Of a stretch of 64,000 bases of DNA, positions 10,843 through 20,377 are shown in pieces. The DNA comes from Bacteroidales bacterium (GTDB taxonomy: Bacteria; Bacteroidota; Bacteroidia; Bacteroidales; UBA932): positions 594 through 64,593 of the forward strand of contig JAKSKI010000001.1 in assembly GCA_024401865.1 (NCBI GenBank). The letters are read 5' to 3'. Position 1 is the first letter of the stretch. Every line of letters begins with the position of its first letter. The notes under the pieces are model-generated. The model made no database searches, was not told the origin of the DNA, and was given only the letters and a program-made list of their open reading frames with translations. The position numbers were made by a program, and so were the translations under genes.

Positions 10843-11595
10843 ATGAGAAAGCAAATCGTTGCGGGCAACTGGAAAATGAATACAACAGTTCCCGAAGGAG
10901 TAGAACTCGCAAAGGCTGTGGTCGCAAAGGCTTCAGCAGTCCCCGCTAACGTGGGACTTATAGTTGCAACCCCTGCAACTCACCTCACAAGCGTAGCCGC
11001 AGTTCTTGATTCACGCGTCGAACTGTCAGCGGAGAACTGTGCGGATCACACTTCCGGTGCATATACGGGGGAGGTTTCCGCTGCCATGGTCAAGTCGACA
11101 GGTGCAAAGTGGACCATTCTTGGACATTCCGAGCGCCGTCAGTATTATGGAGAGACAGACGAGAAACTCGTCGAGAAGACAAAACTGGCTCTCGCCGAAG
11201 GTCTCGGCGTCATCCTTTGCGTGGGTGAGAATCTCGAACAGAGGGAGGCCGGCAAACATTTCGACGTTTGCGGTGAACAGATCAAGAACGTTCTCTACAA
11301 TTTCACGGCCGAGGATATGAAGAACATTGTCGTGGCCTACGAGCCCGTATGGGCCATCGGCACAGGCAAGACAGCAACATCGGAGCAGGCGGAAGAGATA
11401 CACGCTTATATCCGTAAGGTGCTTGCCGACAAGTTCGGACAGACAGTGGCTGAGGATACTACAATCCTTTACGGCGGATCCTGCAAGCCTTCCAATGCGA
11501 AGGAACTTTTTGCACAGAAAGATATCGACGGAGGTCTGATCGGAGGCGCGGCGCTCAAGGCTGACGACTTTATTCAGATTGCCCTGTCATTCTAG
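10843..11595 (+). CDS. tpiA: Triosephosphate isomerase
   Basis: [24 protein letters not shown]. Confidence 0.98.
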   Translation: MRKQIVAGNWKMNTTVPEGVELAKAVVAKASAVPANVGLIVATPATHLTSVAAVLDSRVELSAENCADHTSGAYTGEVSAAMVKSTGAKWTILGHSERRQYYGETDEKLVEKTKLALAEGLGVILCVGENLEQREAGKHFDVCGEQIKNVLYNFTAEDMKNIVVAYEPVWAIGTGKTATSEQAEEIHAYIRKVLADKFGQTVAEDTTILYGGSCKPSNAKELFAQKDIDGGLIGGAALKADDFIQIALSF

Positions 11596-11994
11596 GATGC
11601 TGACGACTGCCGCGATTTCCTCGCGGGCACTCCAGAGCCAAATATTGCCGCCCTCGATCTTCAAGACTTCGAGGGCGACATTGTTTCTGCTCTCGATATC
11701 GTTGTATGTAGTCCAGCTGATGCGCTCGGCGACAACCCGCTGACCTTTCTCCGTGGGGATGTCGTTGAGGACGATTATGGCGTGTGATGACATATTGTCC
11801 GTCATCATTCTGAATTCCGCTTTGGAGCGGTTGAAACCCAATTGGCAATCCGCCTCCCTGTATGAGAATTTGACCACGTTCCGAACCACTATCTGAGGAT
11901 TGCTGTCCAGAAGCACCATAGGGTCCGGTGCCGGACTCTGACAGGATACGACGAACAGGCAAGTGGCCAGCAGGAATAATGGAGTCTTTCTCAT
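11587..11994 (-). CDS. Hypothetical lipoprotein
   Basis: Lipobox VVSC; overlaps the stop of the upstream protease gene. Confidence 0.7.
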   Translation of the reverse strand: MRKTPLFLLATCLFVVSCQSPAPDPMVLLDSNPQIVVRNVVKFSYREADCQLGFNRSKAEFRMMTDNMSSHAIIVLNDIPTEKGQRVVAERISWTTYNDIESRNNVALEVLKIEGGNIWLWSAREEIAAVVSILE

Positions 11995-13595
11995 CTGACA
12001 GTGATTTTTTTGACAATGATGTCCTCGGAACCGTCTTTACAAGTGACTTTTGCCTTGAGCGTGCCGCTCCCGGGAATGATCCAGAGCCCGTCGGGACCGG
12101 CAGAGATTTCCTTGCCCTCGAAGGTCCATACCGTTGAAACGGCATCCGGGACGTTCCTGACTCTAAGGTGAATGGATGAAAGGGACTCGAAAGTGCCGTC
12201 ATCCCGTCTGCCTGGGCTGTCCATCATGATGAAGGGGCTGGAATCTTCACGGTAGTATTGGGTGTTGAATGCCAGGGTCCTCCCGAATGATACCCCGTCC
12301 ATGGTGCTGAAATGCAAAGAGAGGGAATAACTTTGGGCCGGTTTCAGACCGTTGATTTCGATACGGTATATTCCCTCGGGCGTGGGCCGTGCATCGCTTT
12401 CGGTCATCGTACCGTCTTCGCTCCTGCAGGTGACACCGGCCCGCTCGATCAGGGAGAGGTCCAATTCGGTGTCCCAGCACACATACACTCCGTCCTGGAA
12501 GGGGACCAGGCTCTTTATCCGTACCGGTTCAACCACATTGAATACGAATTCATCACCCTCGAGATGAATCCCGGTCAACGCCAGAGTGTCACCGAAAAAA
12601 TATCCGGACACAATTTTCCCCAGCTCGGCGCACTGTCGGTCCGGGCGGCAGTTCACCTCATTCAAGGCCCATCTCTCAGCTGCTGTAAGGCTTTTTTTCT
12701 TGTTGTCGGAGAAACCGGCATAGGTCTGTGATTTGTCTATCCTTACTATTACCAGTTCTTTGCCGTTCCTGTTCTCGACAAGATCGTATTTCCCGTTGAC
12801 GGGAGAGGGGATGACGGCGAACCTGTTCTCCGCAGAAGACGGGGCCAGTCTGTTGTATCCCTTCTGAAGTACAGTGCCGTCATCGTGGCAATATTGGTCG
12901 TAGTCGGCACAGCACAGGTCCGCGGGCGTGCGTCCGCCATCATTCCTGTTGCCGTCCGCCATCAGAGACAGTCCGCCCAGTCCGGGGGCGAATCCACCGC
13001 TGGCTTCTCCGTCGGTGTCATACAGGTCCACGAGTCCTGTAAGATGTCCGAATTCGTGACAGAAATTGCCTATGCCGGCCAATTCTCCTGCCCGGCTCTG
13101 TTCGGTGCATACTGCAAAACTGTCGAACTTGTGTCCGTCCAGTATTATCGATATCCCTGAATCTGACAATTTGAGTTGTTGCGGCCAGAAATAATCGTCC
13201 CCCGCGCCCAGCGATTCGTCTGGTCCGGCCATGATAAAAAGAAGGTGGTCCGTTCCGGAGAAATCCGTGTCGGGATTCAGAGCCTTGAGGGCTTCGGTGA
13301 CCGCTTCCACAACTCTTGCATCCTTCCCTCCCGAATGGTTGGCTCCGTAGTAGGAATAAGATTTTGTCAGGCCGACCGGTGAACTGAGTTCGAACGAATA
13401 TTTGCCCTCATCCGAAAATTGCCGCTTGAAGTATTCCTCCGATGCATGTACAATCGAATCAAGTTGATCCGGGGTGCAGCAGAATTGCAGGTCGGGAAAT
13501 TCTACAGGTATGACACGGCACAGTTCTGCACTGTGTGCCGGTAATGCCGAAAGCAGCAGAGCGGCCGCCACGATTACAAAATTCCTTAATCCCAC
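11991..13595 (-). CDS. M6-family (immune inhibitor A-like) metalloprotease with FN3-like C-terminus
   Basis: IPVEFPD, CHEFGHLTGLVDLYD, SLMADG; GTG start chosen just before the signal peptide. Confidence 0.82.
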   Translation of the reverse strand: MGLRNFVIVAAALLLSALPAHSAELCRVIPVEFPDLQFCCTPDQLDSIVHASEEYFKRQFSDEGKYSFELSSPVGLTKSYSYYGANHSGGKDARVVEAVTEALKALNPDTDFSGTDHLLFIMAGPDESLGAGDDYFWPQQLKLSDSGISIILDGHKFDSFAVCTEQSRAGELAGIGNFCHEFGHLTGLVDLYDTDGEASGGFAPGLGGLSLMADGNRNDGGRTPADLCCADYDQYCHDDGTVLQKGYNRLAPSSAENRFAVIPSPVNGKYDLVENRNGKELVIVRIDKSQTYAGFSDNKKKSLTAAERWALNEVNCRPDRQCAELGKIVSGYFFGDTLALTGIHLEGDEFVFNVVEPVRIKSLVPFQDGVYVCWDTELDLSLIERAGVTCRSEDGTMTESDARPTPEGIYRIEINGLKPAQSYSLSLHFSTMDGVSFGRTLAFNTQYYREDSSPFIMMDSPGRRDDGTFESLSSIHLRVRNVPDAVSTVWTFEGKEISAGPDGLWIIPGSGTLKAKVTCKDGSEDIIVKKITVR

Positions 13596-13649
13596 AGCCG
13601 CAAAATTAGGAAACTTTTCGATAAAAGCGCAATGCTGCAGCCATAAATC

Positions 13650-13687
13650 AAAAAAGGCCGACAACCTTGCGGCTGACCGACCTTTTT
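13650..13687 (-). terminator. Intrinsic terminator
   Basis: AAAAAGGUCGGUCAGCC-GCAA-GGUUGUCGGCC-UUUUUU on the minus strand. Confidence 0.8.
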
Positions 13688-13712
13688 ACTTGTACTAAAA
13701 CCTAAACCTGCA
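13650..13712 (-). ncRNA. Candidate small RNA (3'-UTR-derived or ECF-sigma driven)
   Basis: TGCAAC-N16-GCATCT motif upstream, a GGTTTAGGTTTTAGT tract, then a terminator. Confidence 0.35.
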
Positions 13713-13756
13713 ATATAGATGCAGTCGGTTTCAGAAACGTTGCATTCTTCTTGAAA

Positions 13757-13930
13757 TTATTTTGAAGCCTCGACAGATGCCTTGCGGAACTCCTTGAGGT
13801 CCTTCATAAGTTCGAGAGCAGCCTTACGTGCGCGAGCACCTGCAGCCTTGTTGCCTTTAACGACCTGAGCCTCAGCATTTACCTGGAATGCAGCGACTTC
13901 TTCATTGATTTTTGCTACGAGAGATTTCAT
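13757..13930 (-). CDS. Small basic histone H1-like (Hc1-type) protein, 57 aa
   Basis: Below the ORF-track cutoff: MKSLVAKINEEVAAFQVNAEAQVVKGNKAAGARARKAALELMKDLKEFRKASVEASK. Confidence 0.88.
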   Translation of the reverse strand: MKSLVAKINEEVAAFQVNAEAQVVKGNKAAGARARKAALELMKDLKEFRKASVEASK

Positions 13931-14049
13931 AGTGATTAGTGTTTATGTTAGATAATAAAAATATTTATAACTATTTGACGTAAAAATTCGTTGCAAGGTA
14001 AACACAAATTTTGTCAAATGCAACAAATATCGACCTAAAAACGTGGTTT

Positions 14050-14628
14050 TCAGTGATTTTTTACGTTGAAACCATTCATTGCGCGGTCTATTCCTGCCAA
14101 AATCCAGTCTGATACTCCTTGTATTGTGTGCTCGCAGATTCCGGGCATCATCTCGGATTGTCCGCTGTCCAGTGTTCCGAGCACATAATCAATCTGACCG
14201 CCTTGTGTGAATTCGTGGCCAACCCCAAGCCTGATGCGCGCGTAATCCTGGGTTTCAAGCATTTCGTTGATGTTTTTCAGGCCGTTGTGGCCGCCATCGC
14301 TACCGTTCCTCCTCATCCTCGAGGCCCCGAATGGCAGATTGATGTCATCGCAGATGACCATCAGCTTGGATACGGGCAGGTCCAGTTTGTTGAGCCAGTA
14401 TCTGACGGCATTGCCGCTCAGGTTCATATACGTGGAGGGTTTGAGAAGATATATGGTACGGCCTTTCAGCCCCAGCCTGGCCATATCTCCATAACGTCCT
14501 GTCTCAAAAAACGTATTGGATGCCTTAGCCCAGGCATCCAATACCATAAATCCCATATTGTGCCTGGTGTTCGCGTATTCGGGTCCGATGTTTCCGAGCC
14601 CTACTACAAGGTAGGTTTCACCAGGCAT
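14050..14628 (-). CDS. pth: Peptidyl-tRNA hydrolase
   Basis: VGLGNIG, TRHNMGF, KPSTYMNLSG, GGHNGL. Confidence 0.97.
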   Translation of the reverse strand: MPGETYLVVGLGNIGPEYANTRHNMGFMVLDAWAKASNTFFETGRYGDMARLGLKGRTIYLLKPSTYMNLSGNAVRYWLNKLDLPVSKLMVICDDINLPFGASRMRRNGSDGGHNGLKNINEMLETQDYARIRLGVGHEFTQGGQIDYVLGTLDSGQSEMMPGICEHTIQGVSDWILAGIDRAMNGFNVKNH

Positions 14629-14639
14629 AGGAGCGATTC

Positions 14640-15221
14640 TTATTCAGCGGGAGTCTCCTCGACTACGGTGACGTTGCGTGTGCTCTTGACGCCGCAGATA
14701 ATCATATCCTTGTCGGAGATGATGGAGATGTTGTCGAACTTGAGGTCTCCGGCCTTGATCTTCTTGTCGAGTCCGAGGCTGGTGATGTCCACTGTGAGTT
14801 CATCGGGAAGATTGGCCATGACTGCGCTGACACGTACCTTGCGGGAGATCTGGTAGAACTTACCGCCCTGCTGTGCACCGATGGCGTGTCCTGAGATTAC
14901 TACAGGAACATCGATGGCGATGGGCTTCTTCTCGTCGACTGCGAGGAAATCAACGTGAAGGCAGTTGTCATTGACGGGATGCCACTGGAGTTCGTGAAGA
15001 ACTGCCGTGTATTTTGCGCCGTTGTCGAGGACAAGGTCGATGATGTATGACTTGGGAGTGTTGGTGACAGCCTTGAGCTCTTTCTCGTCAACTGTGAAGA
15101 GGACATTGTCGATACCGCATCCATAGAGGTTGCAGGGGACAAGACCCTGACGACGGAATGCCTTTAGGACTGCCTTGTTGCCGACCTCGCGGGCCTGGCC
15201 TTTCAATTCGAAGTGTTGCAT
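14640..15221 (-). CDS. rplY: 50S ribosomal protein L25/Ctc
   Basis: RRQGLVPCNLYG, LQWHPV...LHVDF. Confidence 0.95.
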   Translation of the reverse strand: MQHFELKGQAREVGNKAVLKAFRRQGLVPCNLYGCGIDNVLFTVDEKELKAVTNTPKSYIIDLVLDNGAKYTAVLHELQWHPVNDNCLHVDFLAVDEKKPIAIDVPVVISGHAIGAQQGGKFYQISRKVRVSAVMANLPDELTVDITSLGLDKKIKAGDLKFDNISIISDKDMIICGVKSTRNVTVVEETPAE

Positions 15222-15240
15222 TTGTGACTTGTTTAAAATG

Positions 15241-15319
15241 TGTTACTCATCCCGGGGCGGGCCCGGTACCCATTGCACCAAAACCGGCAGACGGTTTTTG
15301 AAATGCGGACGCAAATATA
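15241..15319 (-). promoter_or_regulatory. rplY promoter and structured leader with a 5S loop-E-like internal loop
   Basis: TATATTTG at 15319-15312, hairpin at 15280-15298, AAUGGGUA/GAUGAGUA loop at 15241-15277. Confidence 0.6.
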
Positions 15320-15330
15320 GGAAATTTATT

Positions 15331-16569
15331 TTAATCTGCAATGCCGGCGCCTACGAGTCCTGTGGCTCTGTTCCAGGCGAGCGTCTTGTAGTATTCATCC
15401 AGAAAGGCCGAACCCTGTCTGGGCAGGTATGAACTGAAGCCGCAGAAAGCCTTTACGTCAAAGCTGTCCAGGATGCGGTCTGTATGCGCCTTGTAGATGA
15501 TACAGCGGTCAATGGCACCCGATAGAACGGCGAGGTCGTGCTCGGAAATGCCCGCCTTGACCAATATGTCCTCGAGGTCGTAGAACCAGTGCTTGTCCGT
15601 TGTGAAAAAGCCCTGGACTTTGTTGGGATTGACGGATGCGATGCCGCTCCTGTATCTTTCGAAAAACCTGTTGCATACGGTGGCAAGGCTGTCCAGACGG
15701 CTGCAATCCACCAGTGAAATGGTTGCAGTACGGCGAGAACCGCTCTGCGCGTTGTAAAAATCGTAAAATGCCTTGCAGAAATCCTCGGGCGAGCGTCTGG
15801 TCAGCAGGCATTCGGACAATTTGGAGTAATCGAAGCCTGAGGCGAGTACCTGAGCCTGGGAGAATCCGATCCTGTCCGTCACGTGCCTCAATTCGTAGGC
15901 CGTCTCGATGCCCCCCATCAGGCAGGCATCAAATATGATATAGTCCGGATGCATCGGTATGGCACCGGCCATATCCTGCAGCGTCATTTCGTGGGAGGCC
16001 TTGAGGTATGTAGGGGTGCCTTCATAACTGGCGCCGAAAGTCTTGGTTTTGGGCAGATGAGCGTCGGAAGCGCTTTTCAATAGGGTTTCCCTGGGCTTGC
16101 GATAATAATCCTCGGGCAGCCATCCGGTACCGTGGGACGAGAATATCAGGCCATAGTGGTCCGACTTGAACCTGTCGCAGATGAACGACAGCACGCCGCT
16201 CATTACGTCTTTCTCGAGCAGGGTCACGTTTTCGTCAAGGACCTTGAGGGTGTCCATTATGGATTTGCCTGCCCAGTCCGACCTTATCTGCACGATGACC
16301 GGTTTGGTCGGGGTGTTGAAGTCTTCGTCATTGGCTGCGTTGTGGGCTACCAGAACAAGAGCCTTGGGAACTGATTTCATCGGAAGCGCCGATTTCCTGA
16401 CCGTACGTATGTTGGCCTGGATGTCGCTGCTGAGATTGTTGTATCCTACAGTGTACAGAATCACCACATCATCATATCTGTCGGGCACATAATCGCCTCC
16501 AGTCCTCTCACAAGCCACCGATATCAGCGACACAATGCCCACAAAGGCTATTTTCTTCAAGAGTTCCAT
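15331..16569 (-). CDS. Clostripain-family (C11) cysteine peptidase lipoprotein
   Basis: Lipobox SVAC; SSHGTGW and FDACLMG catalytic dyad motifs. Confidence 0.88.
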   Translation of the reverse strand: MELLKKIAFVGIVSLISVACERTGGDYVPDRYDDVVILYTVGYNNLSSDIQANIRTVRKSALPMKSVPKALVLVAHNAANDEDFNTPTKPVIVQIRSDWAGKSIMDTLKVLDENVTLLEKDVMSGVLSFICDRFKSDHYGLIFSSHGTGWLPEDYYRKPRETLLKSASDAHLPKTKTFGASYEGTPTYLKASHEMTLQDMAGAIPMHPDYIIFDACLMGGIETAYELRHVTDRIGFSQAQVLASGFDYSKLSECLLTRRSPEDFCKAFYDFYNAQSGSRRTATISLVDCSRLDSLATVCNRFFERYRSGIASVNPNKVQGFFTTDKHWFYDLEDILVKAGISEHDLAVLSGAIDRCIIYKAHTDRILDSFDVKAFCGFSSYLPRQGSAFLDEYYKTLAWNRATGLVGAGIAD

Positions 16570-16575
16570 ACTCTG

Positions 16576-16603
16576 CAAAGATAGCAAATTTTGCCTATAT
16601 TTG
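16576..16603. promoter_or_regulatory. Back-to-back Bacteroidetes -7 promoter elements
   Basis: TATCTTTG (minus, 16583-16576) and TATATTTG (plus, 16596-16603). Confidence 0.65.
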
Positions 16604-16607
16604 CAGG

Positions 16608-17468
16608 GTGACAGGAGATTTTGCATATTACCTCCGCATGGAGAGAAAGATGTCTCCCAATACGGTGGCGGCCTATGTCTCGGATGCTGAGAACTTTGTC
16701 ACATTCTGCGGCGGGGACGCATCCGGGGCGGACAGCACTGTGGTGGGTGATTATCTTGCTTCAAGAGCGGAATCCGTCTCCAAGCGATCCCAGGCCAGAA
16801 TATTGAGTTCGCTCCGGTCGTTCTTCGACTGGATGATACTGGAGGGAACGCGCAGGGACAACCCCTGCGATGCGCTTGAAACCCCAAAATTGGGCAAGTA
16901 CCTGCCTGAAGTTCTTTCGGTGGAAGAAGTGCTGGCGATTATGGAGAGTGTCGACACTTCGGACTGGAAAGGCGTGAGGGACAGGGCGATACTCGAGATG
17001 CTGTACGGCTGCGGGTTGCGCGTGAGCGAGTTGTGCAATCTCCGCATTTCACAGGTTTATGAAAAAGAGTCTTTTGTGAGGGTGATTGGCAAGGGCGACA
17101 AAGAAAGGCTTGTACCTGTGGCCGGCCCTGCGCTTGAATGCTTCGCCGCATATATGGAGGTCCGTCCCTGCCCGGCAGGTCCTGAATATGATGACACGGT
17201 CTTCCTGAATCGTTTCGGCAAACCCTTGAGCCGGGTCTCCGTGTTCAATATGATCAAGGAACAGGCACTTCTGGCAGGGGTGCGGAAGAAGATATCACCC
17301 CATACCTTCCGACATTCATTCGCTACCCATCTCATTGAGAACGGGGCTGACCTCAGAGTGGTTCAAGAGATGCTTGGTCACGAAAGCATTCTCACTACGG
17401 AGATATATACACACATAAACACCGCCACCTGGCAGGCAGCGGTGCTTGAACATCACCCGAGACGGTAA
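16608..17468 (+). CDS. xerD: Tyrosine recombinase XerD
   Basis: LYGCGLRVSEL, GKGDKERLVP, HTFRHSFATHL, LGH, TTEIYTH. Confidence 0.9.
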   Translation: MTGDFAYYLRMERKMSPNTVAAYVSDAENFVTFCGGDASGADSTVVGDYLASRAESVSKRSQARILSSLRSFFDWMILEGTRRDNPCDALETPKLGKYLPEVLSVEEVLAIMESVDTSDWKGVRDRAILEMLYGCGLRVSELCNLRISQVYEKESFVRVIGKGDKERLVPVAGPALECFAAYMEVRPCPAGPEYDDTVFLNRFGKPLSRVSVFNMIKEQALLAGVRKKISPHTFRHSFATHLIENGADLRVVQEMLGHESILTTEIYTHINTATWQAAVLEHHPRR

Positions 17469-17471
17469 CGC

Positions 17472-18041
17472 CTATCTGTTGCCGACAGCCTTGTTGAAAC
17501 AATCCCGGCAGAGAGGCTCATATACGTCTTTCTCTCCCAGAACGACCAGGTCCGGATTCTTTGACAGACGGTGGGAGTAGTTTGCAAGATTGCCGCATTT
17601 GACGCAGATGGCGTTGACCTTCTGCACGTCTTCGGCTATGGCCATAATGTCAGGCATGGGGCCGAAGGGCTTGCCCGTGAAATCCATGTCGAGACCGGCA
17701 ACTATCACTCTGATTCCGTGGTCGGCAAGGAATTGCACGACCCTGACCAGCGACCCGTCAAAGAACTGGGCTTCATCTATGCCAACGACCTGCACTCCGG
17801 TTTCCAGTTCGAGAATCTCCGCCGGCGATTTGACCGGTGTGGCCTTTATGCTGGTGGAATTGTGTGAAATCACGTCAACTTCGGAATATCTGTTGTCAAC
17901 GGCCGGCTTGAAAATGGCTATCTTCTGATTGGCAAACTGGGCGCGACGGATCCTGCGGATGAGCTCTTCGGTTTTGCCTGAAAACATTGAGCCGCAAATA
18001 ACTTCGATGCAGCCGGTTTTTTTGTGGTTTTCTGAAAACAT
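17472..18041 (-). CDS. tdk: Thymidine kinase
   Basis: [18 protein letters not shown], Zn-finger Cys pairs. Confidence 0.96.
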   Translation of the reverse strand: MFSENHKKTGCIEVICGSMFSGKTEELIRRIRRAQFANQKIAIFKPAVDNRYSEVDVISHNSTSIKATPVKSPAEILELETGVQVVGIDEAQFFDGSLVRVVQFLADHGIRVIVAGLDMDFTGKPFGPMPDIMAIAEDVQKVNAICVKCGNLANYSHRLSKNPDLVVLGEKDVYEPLCRDCFNKAVGNR

Positions 18042-18089
18042 TTGTGTAGATTTGTAGTTGGTGTATGCAAATATAGCAAATATTGCGTG

Positions 18090-18722
18090 ATGGAAAAACG
18101 AATTTTTGATGATATAACAGCCAAAATCGATGCTCTTCAGTGTGAGCTGGACGCCCTTCGCGAGAGGGTGTCATCCCTGATGGCCGAACCGGCCGCACCC
18201 GCATTTACGGAACCGGTGGATATCATGCTCGATGATGCGGCTCCGGTGCGACCGGAGCAGGAATCTCCCAAGGCACCCGTTCCCGAACCGGAGCCCGTAC
18301 CGGAATCAGAACCGGATCCTGCGCCTGTTCCCGAACCGGAACCGGTACCCGTGCCCGAGCCGGAGCCGATTCCAGTCCCCGAGCCCGTAGCTGAGCCGGA
18401 GCCTGTTCCCGAACCCGAACCCGTGCCTGTTCCCGAGCCTGCAGCTGTCAGAACAAGGCCTGATTACGCCTGGGCCAGGGACATCCCCGGCAATCCCGTG
18501 AGTAACATTATCAGCGGCATATCTCTCAATGACAGGGTGCTTCTCATCAATACACTGTTTCAGGAAGACCCCATACTCTTCCAGAAGACAATTGCCGCTT
18601 TCAATTCGATGTCTTCTCTCAACGAGGCCTACGACTATATTCTCGCCAGTTTCCCGAAGTGGAATCTCGGTTCGGACATAGTATACCGTCTGATGATGGC
18701 AGTAAGACGCAAACTCGACTAG
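18090..18722 (+). CDS. Conserved hypothetical protein with a Pro/Glu linker
   Basis: N-terminal coiled coil, PEPEPV repeats, C-terminal [14 protein letters not shown] domain. Confidence 0.75.
   Translation: MEKRIFDDITAKIDALQCELDALRERVSSLMAEPAAPAFTEPVDIMLDDAAPVRPEQESPKAPVPEPEPVPESEPDPAPVPEPEPVPVPEPEPIPVPEPVAEPEPVPEPEPVPVPEPAAVRTRPDYAWARDIPGNPVSNIISGISLNDRVLLINTLFQEDPILFQKTIAAFNSMSSLNEAYDYILASFPKWNLGSDIVYRLMMAVRRKLD
18277..18440 (+). repeat. Degenerate coding tandem repeat (PVPEPE)n
   Basis: Repeated variants of ccc/gtt/ccc/gaa/ccg/gag. Confidence 0.8.
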
Positions 18723-18726
18723 AGCT

Positions 18727-19479
18727 ATGGCGGGTACTCTGTATATAGTGCCCACACCCGTAGGCAACCTCGAAGATATGACTTTCAGGGCAGTACGGGT
18801 GCTTAAGGAAGCCGATCTGATATTGGCGGAGGATACCCGCACCAGTTCGGTCCTTATGTCGCATTATGATATCAAGGGACGTCTGTTGTCTTATCATAAG
18901 TTCAATGAACATCAGATTACGGGAATGATTGCCGAACGGATTGCGGGAGGTCTTAACGTGGCACTGGTCAGCGATGCCGGCACTCCCGGAGTGTCCGATC
19001 CCGGATTCATGCTGGCCCGCAGCTGCGCCGCTGCAGGCATTGCGGTGCAGACTTTGCCCGGACCTACGGCCTGCATACCGGCAATAGTATCCTCCGGACT
19101 CCCTTGCGACAGATTTTGTTTCGAAGGTTTCCTGCCGCAGAAAAAAGGCCGCAAAAGCCTGTTGGAAGAACTTTCATCGGAGAGGAGGACTATGATATTC
19201 TATGAGTCTCCGTACCGTCTCGTCAAGACGCTCGAGCAGCTTTCCGAGTTATTCGGTCCCGACAGGGAATGCTCGGTGGCACGGGAGATTTCGAAGATTC
19301 ACGAGACTCACCATCGCGGCTCGCTGTCATCCCTCGCGGAGTTTTTCCGCCAGAACGAGCCCAAGGGTGAAATCGTGATAGTGGTGGCAGGTGCCGACGG
19401 ACCTGTCAGAGGACAGCATCAGAACAAATACAAGGAGGAGAAGGATCGTGGAGAAGGAGAACAGCAATCGCGGCAATAA
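18727..19479 (+). CDS. rsmI: 16S rRNA C1402 2'-O-methyltransferase
   Basis: VPTPVGNLED, AEDTR, SDAGTPGVSDPG, YESPYR. Confidence 0.96.
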   Translation: MAGTLYIVPTPVGNLEDMTFRAVRVLKEADLILAEDTRTSSVLMSHYDIKGRLLSYHKFNEHQITGMIAERIAGGLNVALVSDAGTPGVSDPGFMLARSCAAAGIAVQTLPGPTACIPAIVSSGLPCDRFCFEGFLPQKKGRKSLLEELSSERRTMIFYESPYRLVKTLEQLSELFGPDRECSVAREISKIHETHHRGSLSSLAEFFRQNEPKGEIVIVVAGADGPVRGQHQNKYKEEKDRGEGEQQSRQ

Positions 19480-20377
19480 CATTCCGGCAACATTCAGGGT
19501 CGGTGCCATTTCACTAGCTTTTCTGATAATCGGATATCAGGTGGCCCTTTTTGTCCACAGGGTTTCCGTCGAGCGGATAGAGTCGGCAAGGGACAGACCT
19601 GATACGGTTTATGTGGTCGATTCCGCCCTGGCGGCCAGGATTCTGGGCTCCGGCATCCGTACTCCGTCCCCGTCGGGCGGCCGAACTGTAGAGGTGCGCA
19701 GGGACGCCCCGCATACTCCTGCCGTGACAAGGGTCAGGGACAATACCAGAAGAATCGAGTCCTTCCGTTTCAATCCCAATTCCGTTACAGTGGATGAACT
19801 TATCAGACTCGGATTGACCAGGCGTCAGGCCGAATCCATAGACAATTACCGCGCAAAGGGCGGCCGATACCGTCGAAAGAGTGATTTTGCCGCTTCATTC
19901 GCAGTACCTGATTCGGTATTTGCCAGGCTGGAGCCCTTCATCGACATCCCGCGAGTGGACATAAACATCGCGGATTCGGCAGCATTCGACGCCCTTCCCG
20001 GCATAGGAGGATACTTTGCCGCAAAAATGGTGTCCTACAGGGAGGAGCTCGGCGGCTATTCCTTTCCCGAGCAATTGATGGACATATGGCATTTCGACAG
20101 GGAACGTTATGACGGGCTGTCGGATCTGATATGCTGTTCGGCTCCACGGGATTCTTTCGGACTCTGGACGCTTCCCGCAGATGAATTGAAGAAGCATCCG
20201 TACATACACGACTGGCGGACCGCCCGTGCAATCGTGCTGTACAGAGACAACAACCCCCGCTCCGACTGGACTCCGATGGGGCTTGCCGAAGCGGGGATTA
20301 TTTCAAATGATACAGCACGCAAGCTGTCGTGCTGCGCTATTGCCCGTCCTCCCGATATTTCTCGCTCTGCTCCCTGA
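19448..20377 (+). CDS. Helix-hairpin-helix (ComEA-like) membrane protein
   Basis: N-terminal TM, FNPN...[20 protein letters not shown]; start position uncertain. Confidence 0.8.
   Translation: MEKENSNRGNNIPATFRVGAISLAFLIIGYQVALFVHRVSVERIESARDRPDTVYVVDSALAARILGSGIRTPSPSGGRTVEVRRDAPHTPAVTRVRDNTRRIESFRFNPNSVTVDELIRLGLTRRQAESIDNYRAKGGRYRRKSDFAASFAVPDSVFARLEPFIDIPRVDINIADSAAFDALPGIGGYFAAKMVSYREELGGYSFPEQLMDIWHFDRERYDGLSDLICCSAPRDSFGLWTLPADELKKHPYIHDWRTARAIVLYRDNNPRSDWTPMGLAEAGIISNDTARKLSCCAIARPPDISRSAP

Noticed and set aside
16608-17468. Tyrosine recombinase as an integrase or invertase of a mobile element
   Set aside because: It has housekeeping XerD motifs, core-gene neighbours, and no att sites or cargo.
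18277-18440. Repeat array as CRISPR or a contingency locus
   Set aside because: These are degenerate in-frame codon repeats with no spacers and no cas genes.
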